The notes under the pieces were generated by a model. It worked only from the letters and a program-made list of their open reading frames with translations, made no database searches and had not been told where the DNA came from. Below are positions 53,114 to 64,000 of a stretch of DNA of 64,000 bases, one piece after another; within the stretch, counting starts at the first letter, position 1, and each line of letters opens with the position of its first letter. Source of the stretch: Trichosphaerium sp. ATCC 40318 (taxonomy: Eukaryota; Protista; Tubulinea); contig JALMLS010000142.1 in the NCBI GenBank assembly GCA_038496445.1, forward strand, positions 1 through 64,000. The letters are read 5' to 3'. A program made the position numbers and the translations under genes.

Positions 53114-54214
53114 ATGAATAAACACCTCGTCATCGTGTTAATAGCTATCGCAGTTGTATACTGTCAGGAGTTTGAGAGAGAACATAAAACAGAGAACGCT
53201 ACAGTTAGATTTTTCGCTAATAGCAAGGTATCTTCAGTATCATTTGTATTTGAGAAAGGAAACGGTATGCCAGTGTACGTTTTATTAATCTTTTTCAAAA
53301 AAAACTCCTTATTTCACGTACGAATAGACTAAACGGCGTTAAAACTATCGTAGGAGTCCAGATAAAAGCCACGCCGAGATATTCAGATCATTAACAGGTG
53401 AAAAAGCGCCTAAGCTACTCAGCCATCATAAACCAGAGTTCCAGGACTCAAAACAGGTAAGCACAACAAAAAACGGACACGTGTTTTTTGTAAACAAACG
53501 TGTTCTTAAAATCGATTTTAAGGTTTTTCTAGGCGGAGGTTATTGGTAAGAGAAACATTGTATGTAACAAGGCATGGGATTATATCGAAGAATTCGTGAA
53601 GGTACATTATATAATCATGAACGTGATACGTTTGCCTTTTTCTTTTTTTTTTTCGATTTCTTCTTCGGTTGTTAATTATTTGGCTTAGCCTATTGATTAC
53701 TATAACTACCTTTACAGTGATTACTGTAGATCAAGTTTAACAGCTAGTCCGTAAGTTAGCTCAGCTCCGTATTTTTCCGTGGTGAATTAACACGTGTATT
53801 TTATAGAAGCATGAGAGCGAGATTTGTTAACCAACTTACTATGGTTGTTGAGGGTCATGTATGCTTTCAAAAAAAATATTTTATGTTTTCTCGTTATTAA
53901 CTCTTAACAGGCTTGCAGCGCTTTGCAAATGCGCTGGTATAATAACAGGTGGAGCACAAGAGCAGAAAAGTACGTTAATACAGTTATGTACTCATGAGTG
54001 TTTCTAATTCAAAATAGTTGTGCCGCTGCAAGTAGTACTGGTCGCGAAAAGTTGATTTACTCTTCTTATTACATGAAGGTATATTTATTTTTATTCTTCT
54101 TTGATTCATTGCTTATGCCTTTGTTTTTAGGAATATCATAGACCTACGCTTAGAGTAGCCACCAGATGTGAAAGCGATGAATGTGAATACCATAGATCCA
54201 TATGGGATTGCTAA
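53114..54214 (+). CDS. Secreted prepro-protein of unknown function (~8 exons)
   Basis: Signal MNKHLVIVLIAIAVVYC. The spliced frame stays open through ..AEVIGKR|NIVCNKAWDY..YCRSS..ACSALQMRWYNNRW..CAAA..RCESDECEYHRSIWDC*. Confidence 0.65.
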
Positions 54215-55373
54215 GGAATGAACTTTGAAGATAAAAAAAAAACTGCTGTTATTTTGTTAGCAATGAAAATAACGTTCTATAAACACGTGTTAGTAAATTA
54301 AAATCTCATCATTTTACAATTTTCCCTTGCAACCATAAAATAGTGCTTAAAAGATGAGACACAAGTAGTAATTCAAATCAAGAACAACATTCTGAAACCG
54401 AAATTTCTACAGAAGATTTCCAAAAACTCATTAAACCGAAAAAAAACATTTTGTTTGGAAAAAAGTTGACAAGTCGAAACCGTTTTTGTGACATCTACTC
54501 AGGTTTGTGAGCATGTGGAGCACAAGTTAAACTTTGTTTTGGGATACGCCTATGTCTCATTGTTTGGGCACTAAGTAATCCATTCTCATGCAAGTAGGTG
54601 TATTTGTTTACCAAACAATCGATGTTTTCATGCTACATCGATATTTATTGGGTGTACTATCTTCTTATTATTTTACGATCTTTGATGTGCCGCTTTTATA
54701 CCACTTATTCACCTTCTTGCCACACTTTAACTATTTCTGTGCCTCTCTTGTACGCTCCAGTCGGTTTGCCATGTATACATCCACTTAAAAGTTTCCGCTT
54801 TTCGGCTATGAAGCCTAAAATTGTGCGACTTTCCTGTCATTGGGAGCATTTTGTTTACTACTTTAATACTGATTACCATCGAACTCTTGTAGTACTCCAC
54901 CTTTACTATTGTTAATCCTTATTTGATTCAATAGATTACAAGGATAGAAGTCGGATAACCAAATTTGACAAGCTTGTTGCAATGCAAATGAAAGACAATC
55001 CAAAAAATGAGTACTATCAATTGTATTCACAATGTAATAACTCACAAACGCTAGCTCTGCGCTAGACTGTCTTACAATAACTTATAATTCTTCTCCTAGC
55101 GTAGTTCCTTTGGCTGGACACTAGAAGCCTTATACTCAAATAAGGCAATCTTACTTTCAAATTGGGAAACTTACTAATTTCGAACTCACAACACAAAACC
55201 GCTACTCCTTCGATTTCGTAGGTTTTTTTCGAACAAATATTGTACGTACACGCGTATCTTTCTATCAAAACTGTATGCAGTTCTACAGTCAAACTCGCTG
55301 TATACGCTTTCGTATAAGAAAAAACAAACACTACTGTCGTTTAACACATCTAAGTACTACTTTCAGGCTCAAA

Positions 55374-58300
55374 ATGAACTCTGCAGTTTGTGGTCTCGCA
55401 TTCTTCCTTATCGTTCTCGTAACTCGCTCGAACTGCGCTTCAAACGCTAGTCCAAGTACTGTTTTCTTATGTAACGCGACCTCAACAAAATGGGGATGTG
55501 CACTGGAAGACTGGACTCTAAAACGACAAAAATTAGATGACGACACATTCATTATGGTTCCAAACCGATTGAAATGTACAACAGTACCAGAACAATATAT
55601 GAGTTGGGCGACAAAAACTGTTCGTACTGACAGATACCTTCTCTTTGCTGGCGAAGAATCATCCCCACAACAAGAGTATATACCTGGGAGTATTGTACAA
55701 GTATCATTAATCGCGACAAAGTACTCGGCAAAGTACAGAGGTCTACTGTTGTGCGTACATTGACAACTTTAGTCCGGAGATCATTGTTTTTTTTTTTTGA
55801 TTGTTACAGAAAAAATCACTTTCTTGATGTGTCTTCGTATTAACTTACTAACAATATTCGTTTTAGATACGCAGAAGATGATAATAATAACCATGTCGGA
55901 GAGTGGAAGCTATCTACAACTGAATCTCCTCGTAAGAACACCTTTTTTGGAAAACGCTTTTGCGTTTTGCCGGTTTTCTTGGATATTTTCCGTCAATGTC
56001 ATCCTTTTAACATGTTTCTTGTAGCATTGTTCCAATTACCTTGGGGAAATGGATCGTTTTGCAGACAATCTGTAATGCACTCAACAGCAGAATTGAAGCC
56101 TTTAAAATATACCTTTACTTTTATCGCTCCTCCAATGGGTACTGGAAAGATCACTTTCAGAGCTCTTGTAAAGAGCGGTGATGCAAATACTGGCGACTTT
56201 TGGTGGCCTAACTTGGAAGGAGATGTCACCTTGACAGAATCGTCGGAATCCCTTCCAAACACAGGATGGTTCCAAACTCAAGTACGCTTTTTTCCTCTCA
56301 TGTTGTTTTCGTAAGTTGTCACATACTTATTCTCTACCAAGCTTGGACAATCATGCGCTGATAGATGTGAGGCTGAGAGCCTCAAATGTGATACTGTTTC
56401 AATGGAAGTATCAACAGCATCAGTAAAGTTGAATCTGAATTATCGCCAGCAGGCTTTATTTGCGAAAAACCAATCTTGAGCGGTTGTAGCTCTATTGGTG
56501 CTTCTCAAAGTGCTGATGGATTTTGCTACTTTGACGACACAAAATGCGAATCTCAAGGTCGTACAGATGAAGCTGTTTCATGTGAGGCTAAAACCACAGA
56601 TGAAGAAGACGGGTATGCTCCTTTTTTTCAGGAAACTGTTTTTCTCAAACTAACTCTTTCACTGTAGTCTTCGCTTCTGTAAATGTATTGAAGTCACTCA
56701 AGCACCTGTAGAGCCAGAAAACACCACAGTTCCAACAAATGCTCCTCCAACAACTGATGCGCCTACTGTTGCTCCTACTGTTACTGCTATTGAAGTACTT
56801 GCTCCTTCAAACGAAACCTCCTTTTTGTCACCATCATCGCGACCAACGGTTTCAGTATTGTTCCTCTGTTTGTGCACACTTGGCTTGGCTTTCTTCAAAG
56901 GAGGTCGTTCATCAACACCCATGCTACTTGTAGTTGTACTAGTTGCTCTTATTGCTATGCCATCCGTACAAGGACATAACTGGATGTTCAGTCTTAGTAG
57001 ACGTCCATACGCAAGTACAGAAACACCTTGTCCTCCGGTAAATCAAGAATATCCTCATGTTCAAGTTGGACCGAATCAAGAGTTCGAGATGGAGTGGGCT
57101 CAAGGCCACAGCAGTACATCTTACTTTATTATCATGCACCAGAAGTACGAGGACAAGTTGAAGCTAAACAACCAAGCTCTATTTGCAAAGTACTTTAATG
57201 ACGCACCTGCCGGAGCTGTAAAGACACTTGAAGTCCTTCACAGACGTTTCGCTTATCGTGAACCTAATGCAGTAAAAGACGCTCCACTTGGTGACGAGAT
57301 CTTAAGCACAGATGGAGACTTTATTCCTAGACCAGAAGCTTTTGGTGGTTGGGGTGTTAACGCAACGTTATTCAAATACAAGGAAAACCTTCACGAGAAT
57401 AACTACGCTGAATATGAACATCCAGATATGCCTTGGGTTGAAGCCATCTTTAAAGCAGAACATCTCACAGGACAACCTAGAGATGCTGATATGGCTAAAT
57501 TTACTATACCTGGCCGAGCTGGTACAGGTAGATACATCGTTCATTGGCTATGGAGAGGTTACAGGGATTGTATTGATGTTGATTACGTTGAAGAAAATGT
57601 TGAAGAGATCTATGGTGTTGCAGACGAATCAGAATCTTACGCGTACGATAGCATACGTTTTAGTGCCTTTTTTTTTTGACTAGTTTTGGTCGTTTTCGTG
57701 ACCTCATTTTATGTAAATCTACTGGTTTAGACTTGAATCACGTGATCGTAGTGTTCGAAAACTTATTTTATTTTAGACGCGTAGATCATTGTTATTTCCC
57801 AGAATACCGTTCGGCAGGAGGTAAGCGTATATGATTAATACAAACGAATCTTTGTTGACACCTTTTTGTAGATTGCAGTCGCTTAGTCTCTAACGATTTG
57901 GCCTACTGCCAAAGAAGGTGTACAACCAACTGTGCTGGTGTGGCTGTTATGCCTTTATCAGTAGCAAATTTCTACAGCGAAGAAGCTGGTCTTGTTGACC
58001 CTTCGTGCATGAACCTATTCAATATGACAATAGAAACTGAAGCACCAGAGGATATTAATGTTTGCTTTTATGTTAGAGCTAGACTGCCTTCTGATACTTT
58101 TGGTGTCAACGAAATTGTATATCCAGATGACCCAGCATATCAAGCAACTTGCTTCATGAAAACCCCAGGGCGTATATTCCCTGGGTACGTACCACCAACG
58201 ACAAAACACATTCCATGGAAACACGGAGACAAATGCATTGATTGTGACACTGTTAAATTGAATAGTGTTTTATCAGTAATCCCAAAATGGCCTCTTTCTG

Positions 58301-58719
58301 ACGATTGTGTTAATTGTGACCGCGAGCCGAGCACAATTGAACTACCCAAGGTACCTACACTTACAAATGAAAGGGTAAACTCTACCTGTAATGGAGCAAA
58401 CGGCCTCTGGAGAAATGTCAATGGATCAAAATATCATACTTGTAATGGTACAAACGCAGAAGTTGGTGAACTATGTCACAAGCAACTTTCTATCAACGGA
58501 CGTTCGCTAAATGTCCAATTCTTCCCTTCAGAGTGCGCAGCAGCTGCAGCTAGGGATCCTGAATGTGCAGGCCATGTATCAATATACGGAGGTAGTCTAT
58601 ATGTTGGCTCTAAACGAAGTGGAAAATGCTACTGCCAAACAAAGGTAGAGTGTTGTAATGGGTGTCATCGCATATCTAGAAATGAACGTTGGACATTATT
58701 CGATGTTGAATACTTGTAA
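55374..58719 (+). CDS. Modular secreted polyprotein: Reeler domain, Cys-rich, Pro/Thr stalk, anchor, internal signal peptide, His-brace LPMO-like domain, Cys-rich tail
   Basis: Reeler motifs YRGLLL-YAED..VGEW, CRQSVMHS and FTFIAPPMGTGKITFRALV. One continuous exon reads ..VSVLFLCLCTLGLAFFKGGRSSTPMLLVVVLVALIAMPSVQG-HNWM..PC..EWAQGH..GRYIVHWLWRGYRDCIDV. There is an apparent 1-nt frameshift near 56406. Confidence 0.7.
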
Positions 58720-59179
58720 ACCTATAACAATAAAACCATCCTTGTGATTTAAGAGTACACTAAATCGTTGAGTCTTGTGATCTGCGACAAACATTACTTT
58801 TATTGGAAAAAACCAAGAATCAAACAATGACACTGATTCAATTTTTCCTACGCCTAGGACGCGTTTGGAGAACTCTCAAGTATTTGTGTATAATTAATTG
58901 TTTAGTTTGTCATATATGAAGACGTATGCTTCTTAAAATAGTGAGGAACTATGTGTTTGAACACAACAACTAGTTGTTTATTACAAATCAGAACTAGTTC
59001 TTAAACGCTTGCTAGTATAGATCAACCAATACACTAATCAAAGATGCTGTCATTAACGTATTACAGCGGGGCGAAAACTCCTAACGTTCTCCCCATACAG
59101 CCTCGAAATTTCTATTAATAAGCTACAAAAGACATATGAGTTTGTTTTTGTGAAATGGTCGAGCACTTTATTTGATGTT

Positions 59180-60300
59180 TTACAAAATAGTTACAATGTT
59201 AGTAAATGTTTGTTCTTGTGTTGCATCATTATCGAATATATTATCATCATAAAGAACTGCTTGCTGGTCAATAACAGTATTAATATGAGGAGTGAAAGTA
59301 TCACCAAAATCAAGACCAACAAGAACACCATAACGACTAACAAGAAGGTTTGTTAAAACAGTTTCCAATGTAAGTTCATCAACAATAACACCTTGAGCAT
59401 GTACAGAAAGTCTTTGTAACCTTGGTACCATACTACTATTAGCTAGAGACTCAAAGAAGTTTACTTTATCAGATATTGATGCATCAGCATAACCAAGAGT
59501 AGTAATAGAAGAATTAGGGTTGTTAAGAGCATCTAAGAAAAGCTTGTTGTAACTTTCTTCGAATCCAGGAATTTCATGGCTAAATCACGTGTAAGTGTCA
59601 AATGTCAAACCAAAAAAAATCAAAAATTCGAGAAAACTACGATCACATTTATCACGTGTGTTTTGTGAAACGTCGGGTTTTAATCCTCAAGGCATGTAAA
59701 ACTAATTTACATCATAATATAACGTAAATGATGTTGTAACGAAGCTGTAGCATTAGCAGAATAAAATTTCTTTTTAAAAAAAAAAAAAAAGAATTTCACG
59801 ACAGGTTTGGAAGCGCTTGACAACAAACATATCCAAATATCTAAACGACTGTGTTACGTACTTATTACAGAACCTTATGAGAAGAGTCTTCAATGATGAA
59901 TTATACTTTATAGACTTCATCAATACATAGAAAGTCTCCTTTCTGAAAACAACACCATCCAAACATAAATACGTTAAAACATTTCTTTCAAGCCTATAAG
60001 TCATAGCTTTTGTTATAGCCATATCGATAACATATCCATTATTACTCAACCTTGTAGCTTTTGTAATATTCCTACAAAGTATTTTCTTTATAAGGTCAAA
60101 AGAGAGGAACTGAAAGAGACCATCTTGCTTGTATTTCGAGATAAGGATCAATCTAACTTCTGACCATGTGAAATCACTTGATACCTTATTTATAGTAGAT
60201 ACACGCCAACCAGATGCTTGTTCCGAGTTTACGAAAACGTTTATAGCGTTTATAGTAATATTGCCGTTATACCTTTTAATAAATACGTTAATTAATGCGC
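59180..60300 (-). CDS. Divergent F-box-like/RNI-like LRR protein or pseudogene
   Basis: WSEVRLILI..LFQFLSFDLIKKIL motif followed by LRR-like LTYLCL, NSSLKTLLI, SITTLGY and LQRLSV segments. Confidence 0.4.
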
Positions 60301-60369
60301 TACACGATAAACAGCGAAAATGGCGTCGTTGTGGTGTATTTGCTAAAAACCGACAACTTTTTATTAAAA

Positions 60370-60738
60370 TCATAATTTGAAGCCTTTTTCTAGTCTGTGA
60401 TGGTGTATAGTATAAAATAGCGAATGTTTGACGCCGACGTACAAATCTGGATGATAATCAACTTGATACGGCGTTAAACGCCCTAAACGCTTTGTGAACT
60501 CTGCAACCACCTCTTTTAACTTGTGTACACGCGTCTTCGGTATTAGATAATTTAGAACATTCTTGCGATCCCATACTGACATACAAAAGCACTCTGGTTT
60601 GGATCCAGAGTCACGAAATATGAATGTTTTGCCTTTTGCTTTTTTACCATGTACAAGAAGGCTTTGCGCATCTTCTTCCCTTAGTATTGGAAGGTAGAAA
60701 CCCATAATGCCACCCCAGAGTTGTTTACGCAACCGCAA
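60370..60738 (-). CDS. SH2-domain-containing exon or small protein
   Basis: FYLPILREEDAQSLL..GKTFIFRDSGSKPECFCMSVW..VLNYLI fits the SH2 alphaA-betaB (FLVRES-like FIFRDS)-betaC pattern. Confidence 0.65.
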   Translation of the reverse strand: MRLRKQLWGGIMGFYLPILREEDAQSLLVHGKKAKGKTFIFRDSGSKPECFCMSVWDRKNVLNYLIPKTRVHKLKEVVAEFTKRLGRLTPYQVDYHPDLYVGVKHSLFYTIHHHRLEKGFKL

Positions 60739-61003
60739 CTGTAGGCTGAAGAAAATACAAGACTTCCATTGTGACTTTTCAAAGTTATTATTTTTTTTTA
60801 TTGAGATGACTTTTTAACCTTCGAAGACCTCTTCAACAGAATAACAAAATGAGTCAGCTCAGTTACTACGGACTTGAGTCAAACTACAAGGACTAAGACA
60901 GCCATAACACGTGCTATGTTTGCATCAAGTAGAAATACTGCTGTGATTTGAACTATTCATTTAACTACAATTTGCCATTCATGTTTCTCAACTAATGAGT
61001 TGT

Positions 61004-61819
61004 TTATTTGACTGAAAAAGTCCACTGTGTACTTCCTATGGTTTCAGGCATATTACCAGTATGCTTTAGTGATGAATCATTAAAAACAACAGAGTACATT
61101 CCGGCAAGAATATTATCAGAAACCCACACAATCGTTGGGCGTTTTTGTTTAGTCCACTTTCCTTTACGACTCTCAATACATCCTGGAACGATTTCTCCAT
61201 GTTCATTCTTTACTATAAAGTCAGTACCAGATACTATCTTGTCCAACAAGATCGTAAAAAAGTCATCTCCACCAGGGTACGAGAAACGTTTGAATTGCAA
61301 AGATATCTCCACTTGTGACTCATAAGGACAATCAGGTATCTCGTGATGCTGTAGTACAGCCTTGCAGTATGGTAGCCTACCGCAGTGCTTACAAACATCC
61401 TCAGATCTCTTGTCGTGTCTTGTTGTAGGGCACTTTTGTTCAAACGTGAAACGTTCGCTGTGAGTATGAATCTTATCCCCAGATGCTCTTGTTTCGTATT
61501 TCACTCGTGTGAGGAGTGTTGTAGGAGGTGCTAGGCCTGCTCCAAGAGCGAAGACGATGAAAACCTCATTCTTCTCACCTGGAACGAAACCAAGCTCTGA
61601 TACTCTTGCGAGAGGACAAAGCAGTTGTCTTTTGAATACACAACGGTCCAATGAGGAAACGTTAACAGTTTCTATTGTATTGCCGCTGTAAGAAGGGTTT
61701 TTAACCAAAATAAGGCGTTTTGCGTATTCCCAGAGCATTTCAGGTTGTTTGCTCAACTCCAGGGTTACTTTGTAGCTAGAACCGCTTAAAGCCTTTATAG
61801 TGATTGTAATATCAGTCAT
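61004..61819 (-). CDS. Intronless protein: ubiquitin-like N-terminus, Cys/His cluster and Ig-like C-terminus
   Basis: ITITIKALSGSSYKVTLE...EVFIVFALGAG resembles the Ub fold. It is followed by CPTTRH..CKHCG..C..HH..C and a beta-rich tail ending WTFSVK. Confidence 0.55.
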   Translation of the reverse strand: MTDITITIKALSGSSYKVTLELSKQPEMLWEYAKRLILVKNPSYSGNTIETVNVSSLDRCVFKRQLLCPLARVSELGFVPGEKNEVFIVFALGAGLAPPTTLLTRVKYETRASGDKIHTHSERFTFEQKCPTTRHDKRSEDVCKHCGRLPYCKAVLQHHEIPDCPYESQVEISLQFKRFSYPGGDDFFTILLDKIVSGTDFIVKNEHGEIVPGCIESRKGKWTKQKRPTIVWVSDNILAGMYSVVFNDSSLKHTGNMPETIGSTQWTFSVK

Positions 61820-62049
61820 TGCTTGTGTTGTATTGCTTTATTAGTTTGTTTCGAAGGTTAAAAGGAAATCATGAGAACTTTTCGTAGTATTCAATGAAAA
61901 AACAACTTTCTAGAAATGACGGTTGGTTTTCGTACATTAGAAGTATGTGAGCGAAGATACCCATGTATTCTAAGTAGGCGTTGATAACAAAGTTCAAGAA
62001 CACATGAAACATTTTCAAATAAACCCGTATGTGTATTGTATATTCACGT

Positions 62050-64000
62050 GAAGTTGCATTCTCTTAAATCTTCAAAACATCCTGAGCTTTGTTTGTGATA
62101 AAAACCTTCTTGTATTTTTTTTTCAAGTAAGCTACCTTTGCTGTATCTCCTACCAAAGGTTATTTATAAAACCCAAAACAACATGATCAAGTAATTATAA
62201 ACCACGTACTGCAATAAACAAGAATAGGTGTTTTAGCACATGTTTTAATCTTTCTTATACTTTTCACTAACTTTTCTGCTGCAAGCTCATCTCCATCACC
62301 CTTACGATAACTGTTTGTGATAATACGTAACCTGTTGTTACAAAACCCTTTAAACTTTTGAATCCATGCCAAAATCTCAGATGATGACTTCATGCTCAAT
62401 ACCTTTTTTTGAAGTGTTTTTGTTAAACAGAGCCACATGTCTCAGTTATTTTGTTGAAGTACCTCTGTTTTCTTCTGTCGTTTTCTTAATAGCTCCACTA
62501 GCTTCATATTTTCATTTGATAGATTGTTGTCAACCCATAATACAAGGCACTTTGCATCTCTGTACTTGAGCTTATATGCCTTCATATTAGCACTGTCTAT
62601 TGCTTTATAATACACAAGATATCGTGGAAGAATCTACTGCCAGTAAACAAGTACTCAAAGAGTGTCGATTTGCAGGTACTTGGTTTTTTGAAAAGACAAC
62701 AATCTCATTTTGGTCTATTTTGTCATCATAACCGCATGGGAATCCATTTGATTTAGTGATAACATAGTGAGAATCGTATCCTTTCTAGAAAATGCTCAGT
62801 AGTGAACCATCAATCTACAAGCTGAAGTCTACCAGCAGTGCTTCTATAGTACCTTGCATTTCTTTCCTAAAAGGCTTTTGGGATCATTCACTACAGGTTT
62901 CTCTGTTGCAGGGTATGGGTTTCCCATCATTACCCATGATATTAACATGCACGGGTTCGTACTTTGACCCCATTCAGCATATTTCCTCCCTATACCAGTT
63001 GTTACACATTTATCAAACAAATTCCTATGTACCACAATCAGGGTATTGAGTAAAGTAAATGCCATCACCTATGTCATTATTAGCTAATGTATTTTCATTC
63101 AACATCCTGTCCTTACCATAATACCCTGGATCTTTCTTGTTTGAGTTTTCATGTGGTTCTCTAAAGTTACTACATGCAATCTTATAGCTAGTTTCCTACT
63201 CAAGCATAAGTTAGTACAACGCTACTTCCGGATTGATTTATTGCATGCCTCTGATGTGCCATGTAATCCAGGTATAAGGTTGATTTGCTCATTTCCAGAA
63301 ACGTGCATCACATAATTCTTCAAATGATTAAGAGTTCTTTCTTGTGATTTACTTATACTATCCACTGTGACACTGTCCTTTGAACCTAAAGCAATTAAAC
63401 AACAAATCCAAATAACAAATGAACATATTGTTTATCTGGCTCACTTGATTGATCTGATTGAAGTACTTTTTTCACAAAAACTTGGTACTGTTTTTTAAAG
63501 TTGGCTTCAAGTTTCGGATTGTCCAAGAATGCAATCTTTTCTAATTTATAGAAAGATTCGCTTTCTGTTCCCATAAACTTATAAAAAATATTACAAGCCC
63601 TCAGGTATTCATCATAACGTTCCTTTTGTCAATATTTTCAGTGAGAAAGCAAAGATATATATAGGGGTTATACCTTGTTCTTTTCATTTTTGTAAGAAAG
63701 GTAATCCGTAACCCAGGACAATTCTTAGGTGTACTCCAGTCGCCTGCTTTTAAGAAATCTTCACCATGCAAGCTACTCCAGAGGTGATGCCTCCCATCTT
63801 TCAGCATGGGATAACCTTGTTTCAAATGAGATGTAGTGATAATATGTTCTATACACGTCAGGTTATATGTGTTGTGTTTTTACTATGGTGACACTTACTT
63901 GTTTTCTTGCACTGATATGGGCATTTCATAACCTTCAAAACTGTCCACTTTGTATTCTAACCGGACATAGTTGAGATGGTACTATATTTAATGGGTTTAA
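62050..64000 (-). pseudogene. PARP-like ADP-ribosyltransferase + receiver-like domain gene with in-frame stops; runs off the window
   Basis: GLHGTS, KDPGYYG-DGIYFTQYP, LISWVMMGNPYP, GYDSHYVI and EIVVF form the ART H-Y-E layout. The C-terminal region reads RIITNSYRKGDG..PILVYC. Stop codons occur within conserved segments. Confidence 0.65.

Overview
This is gene-dense, AT-rich eukaryotic nuclear DNA with many short GT-AG introns and a few probable GC-AG introns. The gene content points to an amoebozoan-type protist: a RasS-like GTPase, a class C GPCR, an ankyrin-TKL kinase and a stand-alone SH2 domain. Housekeeping genes include a FEX fluoride exporter, PTS, Ras, a cytochrome b5/acyl-CoA dehydrogenase fusion, a TOM1/GPR137-like 7TM protein, APEH, VPS54, dienelactone hydrolase and a BBE-like FAD oxidase. 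They are interleaved with a rapidly turning-over accessory set: F-box/MORN and F-box/LRR genes and relics, duplicated secreted RTX-like beta-roll proteins, small secreted Cys-rich precursors and a decayed PARP-like gene. Two mobile elements are visible: a 1.18-kb non-autonomous DNA transposon with a 2-bp TSD, and a SINE with a tRNA-type internal promoter, poly(A) tail and 11-bp TSD. The most striking feature is at 55.4-58.7 kb: a putative polyprotein in which a Reeler-domain surface protein is joined, through an anchor plus an internal signal peptide, to an LPMO-like domain whose copper-binding N-terminal His could only be exposed by internal cleavage. All gene models were spliced by eye, so exon boundaries are approximate.
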